DNA of 58,641 nucleotides, taken from assembly GCA_000708835.1 (NCBI GenBank), contig DF237503.1, positions 1-58,641 on the forward strand, in the 5' to 3' direction. Shown here in pieces: positions 49,852 to 58,641 of the stretch (the first letter of the stretch is position 1; each line of letters begins with the position of its first letter). This stretch comes from Klebsormidium nitens. Its lineage: Eukaryota > Plantae > Klebsormidiophyceae. Made by a program: the position numbers and the translations under genes. Below the pieces are notes generated by a model. That model was not told where the DNA came from. It saw nothing but the letters and a program-made list of their open reading frames with translations, and searched no databases.

Positions 49852-50121
49852 ATGTCCTGGGGTGACACGTGGCTTTTGATCGGCATCATGAGCCCACTTC
49901 TGCTCCCCGCAAGTGTGGGCTGTCTCGTCCTCTTCTTTCACGTGACCATAAAGCTGGAAAAGTGGCTCCGCAACGCTTCCGGGGGGTCCGAACAGCTGTC
50001 CGAGAACCCCCCTGCGCCTGCACCCACGCTCGGCCCGGTATCCCCGGAGCTGGCCGGGGCCGGAGTGCTCGACTCGGCACGGGTGCTCGAGTTGGAGGAC
50101 GGAGCGCCGGAAAACAATCTG
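49852..50121 (+). CDS. Exon 1 of a tandem paralogue of the TM-RING gene; downstream exons not visible before the gap
   Basis: WLLIGIMSPLLLPASVGCLVLF..KWLRNASGGS..EDGAPENNL|gtgcgt aligns with WLFIGVLSALAFPATFGCFAML..KWLFRASGGS..EDGASQNNL|gtgggc, with an identical donor position. Confidence 0.8.
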
Positions 50122-50471
50122 GTGCGTCCTGGCAACTGTGAAAGCCAGTTCCGAGCTCGCATCGCTTCTTTGAAAGTGTTCAAACTGCAGACGTTTGCTC
50201 CTGCGTTGATTCGTTGTAATATCTCAAGCGACAGCGCTTCAGCAGGGTAAGCGCCAGCCCCCAGGGGTCGCGCCAGGCACGCGCGCTTTGAGAAGAGGAT
50301 TGCTGTTAGCCCGGGGAGCTTCGTGAAACGCCAAGTGCTATTGACATTCTCCTGCATATTGAGGGAACCTGCAGCAAGCGAGGCTCTATTTCTTAGCACC
50401 TTTCGATCGTTCGTTTTCACCTAAGCCCGATTCATTGTCGAGTGCCTCACTTGACGCTCCTGTCACGTTTC

Positions 50472-50491
50472 NNNNNNNNNNNNNNNNNNNN
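50472..50491. other. Assembly gap (20 N)
   Basis: Run of 20 n. Confidence 0.99.
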
Positions 50492-50580
50492 GGCGCCAGT
50501 GTAACCCGAGTGGCAGTGCGCAAATACTTCTAACAGTTTCTGGACTCTTCAGCAGGATAAAAAGGGCCGTCGGGACTTAC

Positions 50581-51707
50581 CAACGACCGTCATGATCAGC
50601 CCCCCAAAGCCCAGGTAAGCCCCCGACATGAACCCTCCAACGAACAGCGACGAGAGAGGGGTGTTTGCCTTCGTTAGTGCCAAATCGGCTGCGGCCTTGA
50701 CGACTTCGTAGGGGTTGTTTGTCAGGAACTGGGGGTCTCTGTGTTTGGCCAGGAGGGGGCCTGCGCTGAGACGAAGGTTTCCATTCAGGTGGCACACAAA
50801 GCTATTGGAAGGTTTACTTCTTGTTGGCATAGGAGATTCTCTTTAACTGACTCATAGTGCCTAAGGCTGGTTGTCTATTCAAGCAATGTTGTGTCTGTGG
50901 CTTGTATTGCCCACGGTAGGCCAGATTCAGGGAGCATTGATTGGAGCTGAGGGATCCCTGTGCTTCATTGGCAGAGGACCCACGCAGGGAATAAAAGTTT
51001 CGATTCGTGCCCACATGGGCGGCTAATTCAACGAACTTATGCACTTCTGATGGCGACCGCGCATATAATGTGATACAAATCTTGCTCAAAGTGTTTGCAT
51101 CAGCTCATTTGGCTGTCCACAGACTGCTGAGTTCCAATCGGAGTCCTTCATTGACCAGATGAGCTAGATTTGCCTTACATGATGATTGCACCGTCATTGC
51201 ACCAAGTTATCCAGGCGTGAGATATTAGACGCAAGGGAATCCTTTTGAAAGCCCATTCTTCTCAGAAGGTCGTCTGCTAGGGAACTGAACATGCCAGAGT
51301 CTGGAAAAGGGTGGAGGAACATATTCTCGCTCAAGCATTTTGACGGCCCCCTGGCAAGAGCAAGAAGTCCGAAAACTTGGGGTCTTAGCTTTGAATACCA
51401 GTTCGGCTTTTCGACGGTACTCAACTGTTGCCCCCCTGGCACAACGAAAAGCCCATTAGTTGGAGACCCAGACGCATTGCAACCCCCCTGGGACCAACAA
51501 TGTTTCACGACAGAAATCATGTGCGCATGTCTCTTCACCTGACTTGTCCTCTGCAAACCTATTGGTCCCTTTCTGCGGGAAATAGGACGGCTCGTCGCCT
51601 GGGGTGGGTGGAATGTCAATCCCATACGGGGCCTTTGCCGTGCCTTCCTTCATATACTGGGCGCCACTGCGAGTGGAGCTGTCATAGTAGCTTTCAGCTG
51701 TCGCCAT
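50581..51707 (-). CDS. Formate/nitrite transporter (FNT, NAR1-like) paralogue A, 5' exons only; the rest runs into the gap
   Basis: Exons 51707-51559 and 50765-50581 join in phase. NPYEVVKAAADLALTKANTPLSSLFVGGFMSGAYLGFGG matches FNT TM1. Confidence 0.82.
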
Positions 51708-54700
51708 CTTATCGGTTCTGTACTAAGCTTGCGACAGCTGTAAGAAGACCTCGATGAGTCTTGATGAAGCTGAGGGTATGAGGCGCTGTTTGGAGCTCAA
51801 GATGTGGGCACCCAAAGCAAAGAGCAGTAATCTAATGGCAAGAAAGGGGATTGCCGGGCAAACGGTCCTAGCTTTGCTTTGATAGACAGCGGCCACGTCC
51901 GCTAGCACTTTACGGCCTGCTTAACGCGTTGTCAGTTGACGACGGACCTTTAGAAGCACGACTAGCTAGTACTGCTGCTGCGTGTGGGATAGTCCACTTG
52001 GGCGAAGCTTGTATGTGCACAAGTCGTTGCGGAAGTGGTCACCATTCGCAGACCATAGCTGGATATGTCAAAAGCAAGGTTTGATTCTGCAGCGGGCTCC
52101 CGTGAATTCTAACAATTTGACCAAACCTCAACAGGGTGCGTTCTAGTGTGTTTTGCAATGTTCACGCAGCAGGCCGGTGCCAATGTACCAATAGATCCTG
52201 CTCTGGCCAATGTAAATTGTAATGTACTGGACTGGAAGGCTTTGAGGGGGACATTTTGACAGCCTGGCCGGGCTCAGGCGCCGCCGGGGCCGCCCCTCAG
52301 GCCGCGGACGGGGCACATCGGTGTGGTACCACGTGGTCTCACGTGTAGAAACCCCTCGCTATTTGCACCGGCCGCGCCCGGTCAAGTGCGGTACCGTGAA
52401 CGAGATCCCAAGTGCATTTACTTCGGCCTTCCCCATGACCTGCCGGGTGGCACCATATGTACTATATGTGGTCATCCATGTCATTTTTCCTGCTTTAGGT
52501 CAATCTTCAAACCTGCGCGCACTTTCTTAGCTAGCTGTGTGCTTTCCTAGCTTGCCAGGTCTTCGCGGCGGCCGCCTACACTGGGCCAACTAATAATATA
52601 AGAGACTAGTAGGGATACAATTGCGGCTGCGCCGGGCCCTTACTCAAACCCTGCAGCTCAGGTCTACAATCATTACAGCGTCTCGAAGCTGAGTCCAGCC
52701 TCTAATTAGTGATGACTCCTTTCTGAGTGGAAACCTTGTCGACTTGCGCAGACCATTGTGAGTCCATGAGTCCTGCTATCGCAGCCTGTCCTTTTGATGG
52801 TTTCACGGAAGCTCATGTGTCAAAACTACGCCAGAAGCTGCCCGCATCAACATCGGCGCCACGTCATGAGCATTGCGCTTCAACTCAATACGCAATTTCC
52901 GTGGCACTTGAGACTGGTCACCTCGCTGCATGACTGGAATCGCTTCCAGGCAAGCGTTCTGAGGGTCGCAGGCCGTTGCCAAGGTGTTGCCGAGCCAGAC
53001 CTAGGCTCCAGATCATGATACTCGTGCACGTGTGCCGCTCACAGACTGGGCCTTAGAATCTACTAGAGTAAATGAGAGTGACCGGCGGACGCTAATGGCG
53101 CCCGCCCCCAGCATTACAAGCGGGGAGAAGAACGCCAGGTGCCCAGATTGACAGCCGAGCGGCCGCCTCCTGGCGTCGCCTAAAAGGTCCTTCAGGAGCG
53201 GAGCGGAATGCGGCGATTTGATATTGCTCTGAGAAAGTTCCACGAAAGTATATGTTGTACGCATACGAGGTGTCCTAGTACATGTTGGCCCTCGCTGTAG
53301 GAAGCGTGTAAGGCAATAAATGGGGAGTGTTTCTGCTTCCGTCTTGAAGGTGATGACAAATGGGCAGTAACGAGAACGAACAATTGTTTGGCGGCGTTAA
53401 CAGCAGTTCACTAGAATTTGGAGGTATACGTATGTGGGTGCCCCTTTACAAAGGGAAGATCAGTGCGTGCGCGGACTCAAGTCGGTGCCAAAGCTGATCC
53501 ATGGTTGATGAACCGTTCCGATGAGCACTTCAACTCGCGTTGTTAAGAACGGCCTCATCATGCAGCAGAAAGGCGCTATCTTGGGAACCAACATATCAAG
53601 TGCTATAATCCTTGAACACGAAACGAGGGTTCATTGAATTTCAAGGTTGCAAGTTCCGTCGCCCAGCAAGCCGGGCCTCAGACGTTACCGCAGCTGCAGA
53701 GTAAATTAACGAAGGACTAAGCGGGCACATATAAACACCAGCTTATAGTCATAACTCAGTGTGGCCATTGAAGTGCAGCTGGTCCGCATGACAATATACT
53801 TTGCTGCCTGCGGAGAAAAGCACTTGTAGGATTGTAACGGCCGCAGCGGCTACGGACGAAGGTCTAGAGGAGCCGCATTAGATTGGTTCTCCGCATCCAT
53901 CCTTGTTCCTCAGTGACACGCTGAAGGGAAGGTATAGGCAAGTATTAGGAAGCTAGCATAAACGTACGTATACACAAGCTGACCGGAACATGAGGTCCGC
54001 TTGTGGTCTATACAAGGAACATGGATGGCATTGCTACTTCTGCCGCTGGTTTTCAAAACTTTGTAGGGATACTGACGAGCGGCCGTCGAGACGTTCGTTC
54101 ATGCAAGATTGCAAGCTCAGGCTTAGTCTGCACTTAAAATCGTAGTGCCGATCCCGCCGAACGTCTGGCGATCGCTGTACTAGAGCAGAATCTGTCAGCT
54201 TCTCAGTGTCGTCAATTTCACAAAAAGCTTACGAGTCGGTTGGATCGTGTCCAAAGCGGAATTGAGCTTGCACACCGACTCGAAGTCAACGCGCAGCGCA
54301 ACAGACGGCAACAGCTTTGCGCTTCACACCTAATTCCTTCCGACCTTATCTTACAAGCTCAACCAAGCTCGAAAGCGACAAGGCATTTGTAAATCTGTGA
54401 ATTTGTGATTCTTTTTGAGGTTCTTCAGAGGACCCTGCTCTTGACCCCACTAGATCGTGTCTTTTTCCGGATGCCGCATGCTAAAATCCAGGTCTCAAAC
54501 GCGGGCAAATGGCTACCAAATTACCTACGAGGTCGAAGGCATTGTACAAGCGAGCTATTCGTAAACCGCTTTGCTCAAAATGGGCACCAAACCCGGACAG
54601 CCCCAATTGTTTGACTGATCTCAACAGCGAAATAAATGACCAGCTTTCAACTCGAATCTTGGGGACTGATTGCAATGGGCTTGGAGCCATTGTCCGGTCT

Positions 54701-55185
54701 ACAATGAAGCATACTCTCGTTCCGCCGGATCCGGATGCTGCGGGTGTGATGACCGGCCTCCCATTTGTGGACGCCGAAACTAGAATGGGTACTTCTCGAA
54801 GCGCTTGCGATAAGGCAGTTGGCGCTGGCCATAGCTCCACCTATGGTCCAGAAGTTTTCCTTCAGATTTTCAGGTTCAATTTGGAAGAATCGGAAAACCA
54901 ATATAGACTCCTGACCGACAACGCTGATGAGACAATCAAAGATTGTGTATCTCAGCTACGACGCCAGCCCACAAGAATGCGAGCCTGAGGTTCGAACCAG
55001 AATCACACTTGGGAGCTTTTGGATTCGAACTTGTCCGCAAGAAAAACTGGACGGAACTCAACTCTCCTCATTCCTCGCTCCAGACGTCCAACCGATTCCG
55101 CCAAAGTGTTCTCCAAGCGACAATCGTTTCTCGTTTGCAATTCAAAGTTCATGGTTTATGGTCAGCGTTTGAAATTTGGCGCGTA

Positions 55186-58100
55186 TCAGGAAGCGAAGGC
55201 GACGAAGCAGATGCCGCCCACCATGCACCCAATCGTGCTCGGGATGAGGTTGTGCGTGATCGTGCGGTCGACGGACACGGGGGCGCCCGCGACAAGGCCC
55301 TGGAGAAAAACAAACGAGGGCCTCTTTGAAGTGGGCGTATCGGAACACTGGTAACACGTGAAATCGAAGAAGAAATGGAAAAAATTGGATGGATCAAGAC
55401 TATTCGTTTCTGATAATGGTCCTCTTTTACATCACGTCCTGATGTCGAGCGACTTCAAAGCGAAGCTGCTCTGGTTAGCCGTCTGATAATCGTCTTAAGT
55501 GTTTTTCTTTGGGCGCGCCACTTCCGCTTCGTTGGCGCTCTTCGTGTCCGCTTCGTCGATCCGGTTCAGCACACCACTTCGCGCCTGATTAGCAGGCTTT
55601 GAGACCGCGGTTTTTGAAGGAGGTGAGCCGTCGAGCGGGCAAATATAAGCAGATAATTCTCAATCGATCAAACGAGAACTTTAGAAAGCCAGCACGTGTT
55701 ACTTTCCTGCACGTTATGTGGGCCCAGAAAAGGGACTGGATGGCGTGAAGCACAACGTAGCTGCCGCTCTTATAGCACCAAAATGGACCCTGTCTAACTG
55801 ACACAGGTGGTCAAGCTCACTGGTTAACGCCTGGTTAAACTGCCCGTTTTTGTGGTCGAAACGTTTGGGTTGAGCAGGTGGTCAAGCTCGATCTTTAAGG
55901 GCTGGTTAAGGTGGCTCCTTAGATGCTTAATACCTGATAGAGGAGGTACCTCGGGATGCAGCGCTCTGGTTTCAAGGTCTGGTTAACGGCTAGTTAAACT
56001 GCCGGTTAAATGTGGTTACCTGGTAGAGGAGGTACTGGTTGGCGACGCAATGCTCAAAGCCGCCGATAATGAAGTACGCGACCGGGAGGTAGATGCCAAA
56101 GATCTTGCCGATGACGTCAGTCGCCGCCATGCCCTGCCAGATGGCTGCAGGAGAGACAGGATAGTGACGTCAGCTGAGGAAGAGCGTCTAAGGCACGAAA
56201 CGGCTTTCAAGATGGCTACAAAATCAAGCTACGTGTGCCAGTGACAACCGTAAGTTGAAATCAACCGTGCACGAGTCGCGCCGGCTGCGATTGGAACCAA
56301 GACAATTGGTTAAGGGTTCGAAACTTTTGACGCCAAAACAACCCTTGAAAAAACAACCTAAAACAGCCTTGACACGTCAAAGGTCCGAGCCTTTTTGGTG
56401 GCACAAGCAGGAAACTTCTGGTTGCTTTTTGGTCTCTTTTTGCCACGCCTGTCATTCTGCACGAGGATGTCGACCTAGATTTGCCCATAATCAAAATCTT
56501 CCTCCGAACCATAACTTCCCCTTTACATGGAGGTTTATTCCGAACCCTGATTGATCTGAACAGAGCCTAGTGTTCAAAACAGACTCACGGGCCTCAAGCC
56601 GCAAGCGCGGGTTCGACACTTGCTAGCTGGTTAGCTCACCCATGCAGACGAGCCAGTTGCACATCATGCCCCGGACCACTGCGCCGTGCCACGGGAGATG
56701 GGTTTTGGTAACGGCCAGAGTTTTCGCGAACGCGATGACGGAGTTGGTGGACCCCGGTTCGCCCACTGCACGGGAAAGAGGCCACGTTTCAATCCCTCAG
56801 AATGGCAAGTGGGCATGTCTCATCTTACTTCGGCCGCAGCTGATTGCTGCTGCTTTCGACAGTAGAGCCACACGCAGACGCACCTGAGAAAAGCAGAGAT
56901 CGGTCTAAGACCCCTACATTCGGAACATGCTCCGAAACTCGGCGCAAACGTTGGAAAATGTTGGATGATATTCAGTCTTCCTAATCTTCCGTGATACCAT
57001 GACGTCAATTGACAGCTTCGAACATACAGATTCGACTTGAAGTATGTCCTCCTTCAGATTGAATGACGCCGTGAAGCGGACGAAGCTAACAGTTGCTCGC
57101 TCGAGATCGAAGTACACGAGATGGTGAAACGGACGGAACTTATGAGTTTGCAGGTTCTCTATTTAAAGCACAAAGAATGTCAAAATGAACGGTCCTTACG
57201 ATTGCTCGCCGAGGGCCCGAAAAGGAAGCTGTAAAAGTGGACGGAACTTCCATTGAATTTAGCGCACAGAACCCTTTCATACGGACGAATATTAGGACTG
57301 CTCGTCCCCCGGGTGCGAAGTAGACAACTTGTGACTCGGAAAATACCCGCGGTTCCATCCAATGCAAACTGAAAATGTCAAAACGGACGTCCGAGACTCA
57401 CGAATGCCCGCCCAGTGCGCGAAGTAGACGATCGTAAGGCTGCCAATGAGGTTGGAGAACCAGCTCCAGGTCCAGCTGCGCAGCGCCATGTGCCATTTCA
57501 CCCTGCCCTCCAGCAGACCCGCCGTGAAGAAGAAGATGTTGGATGTGAATAGGTCCGAGCCTGCACGGGACAATCTTTCACCCTGGTCATGACAAGAAGT
57601 CTGAGTTCGCTTTCAGGATAGCCCTACACAGGTGTAAGTCTCGGATGAGAATGAGGTCAATCCTGCACCCGGATCAGCTTGCCGATCAAGCACCACAAAA
57701 AAGTCAGAGCCACCTTGAGGGTAATCTTAATCTGTACAAAGGTTGGCCGTGACAGGGCCTCGAGCCTGAAGCAAAGCGACGGCGAGGCTCTTGTCCGTCA
57801 ACTCAAGGAGCTTTCTGATCCACGCTTCGTTGAAGGTCGAGGATTCTGTATTGATGCTAAGCGCAGTCAAATGCGCCCCGCGGAGGCAGTTGGCACGTCA
57901 CCAGGTAAGACGTTCCCCCTCTAAATTCGTAACCGCGCAAAAGCTAGAAACAGTAGCAGGAACTTCCTTTCGATCGGCCCTGGATGCAAGATACAATTCC
58001 ATAGGTGTCACGGGTTTCCCATGTAAGAACAGCGACCTCTGAACATCAGAACTAGGGATTTGCTCCAAACATTTGCAAGAACGCCCAAACTAGTGTGTGA

Positions 58101-58244
58101 CTCGCGCCCAAGATGGGCAGTTGGATTTCTTCGTACCTGAAAGTACGACGAGGATCAGGCCGGGGGGAAAGACGAGTCCCTGGATGAGAGTGACGAGGCC
58201 GGGGTTGGTAGTATACAGACCCGTGGGACCGTGCATTCCGCCAG
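55186..58244 (-). CDS. Formate/nitrite transporter (FNT, NAR1-like) paralogue B, 3' exons; 5' exons lie beyond the window
   Basis: Exons 58244-58137, 57560-57402, 56765-56640, 56144-56020, 55299-55186. Motifs GLVFPPGLILVVLSGSDLFTSN, RGMMCNWLVC, GKIFGIYLP, GFEHCVAN, NLIPSTIG. Ends at a TGA that may be premature. Confidence 0.9.
55800..56060 (-). repeat. Degenerate tandem units in the FNT-B intron, including a copy of the exon end plus donor
   Basis: tacctgatagaggaggtac (55931) versus tacctggtagaggaggtac (56017); caggtggtcaagctc twice (55804, 55875); ctggttaacg..gttaaactgcc twice (55822, 55979). Confidence 0.75.
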
Positions 58245-58641
58245 CTGTCAGAGGATCGGAAACGGAAATATGACGTCAGTTTTCGGCTCGATAAGAAGAT
58301 GCAAGGAAGCTCGTTTCAATGGGCAACGGAAGCTCGAACGCCAAGTGCTCAGAGAGGGGGTGTGATTCGAAAAGAGCGCTATCCGAAGGGTACAATAGAG
58401 ACTCTGGCGGCTGGTAGCAAGATTGTTAAGGAAGCAGAGCCTCGTCAGGTCCCGAGCTCTTGAGCACTGCTCAATTCAACGAACCCCACCTTGAGGTCAT
58501 CAGATCTCCAACATACGAGGCTACGGATTGGCACATGCATAAGCAGGAAGAGAAGCTGTGCAGTCCAAAGGTCCACAATCCAAGTACGAAAGAGTGTAAG
58601 ATGGCAAAACGAGGTTCAAAAGTAGTCATTGAGTGAGCTCG

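Noticed and set aside
54509-54988. 159-aa + strand ORF between the FNT paralogues
   Set aside because: TTG/GTG-type start, no recognisable domain or TE motif; cannot be supported without a search.
56560-56630. tRNA T-arm-like GCGGG-TTCGACA-CTTGC
   Set aside because: No matching acceptor stem, D-arm or anticodon arm; it lies just inside an FNT-B intron.

Overview
Eukaryotic, intron-rich genomic DNA (GT-AG introns, GC-rich exons). The gene mix (plant-type Agenet/Tudor and ATL-like RING proteins, cilia genes IFT122 and ARL3, algal NAR1-type formate/nitrite transporters) fits a streptophyte green alga such as Klebsormidium; that assignment is inference. Hand-built, phase-consistent models, in order: F-box/LRR (+), an orphan 4-exon gene (-), a very large Agenet/Tudor-like protein with an internally duplicated unknown domain (+), IFT122 (-), an intronless F-box/LRR (+), ABHD18/DUF2048 (-), ARL3 (+), a TM-RING E3 ligase (+) and exon 1 of its tandem paralogue, a 20-N gap, and two partial tandem FNT/NAR1 genes (-). 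I found no tRNA, rRNA, CRISPR array or intact transposon. The most striking unexplained pattern is 'splice-junction echo' arrays: introns filled with decaying tandem copies of the adjacent exon edge plus its splice site. These occur on both sides of one IFT122 exon, around two F-box exons, after one FNT exon and weakly in ARL3, mostly with nucleosome-scale periods (about 135-185 bp). Some echoes keep in-frame alternative splice sites. Coordinates were read by hand and no database searches were run.
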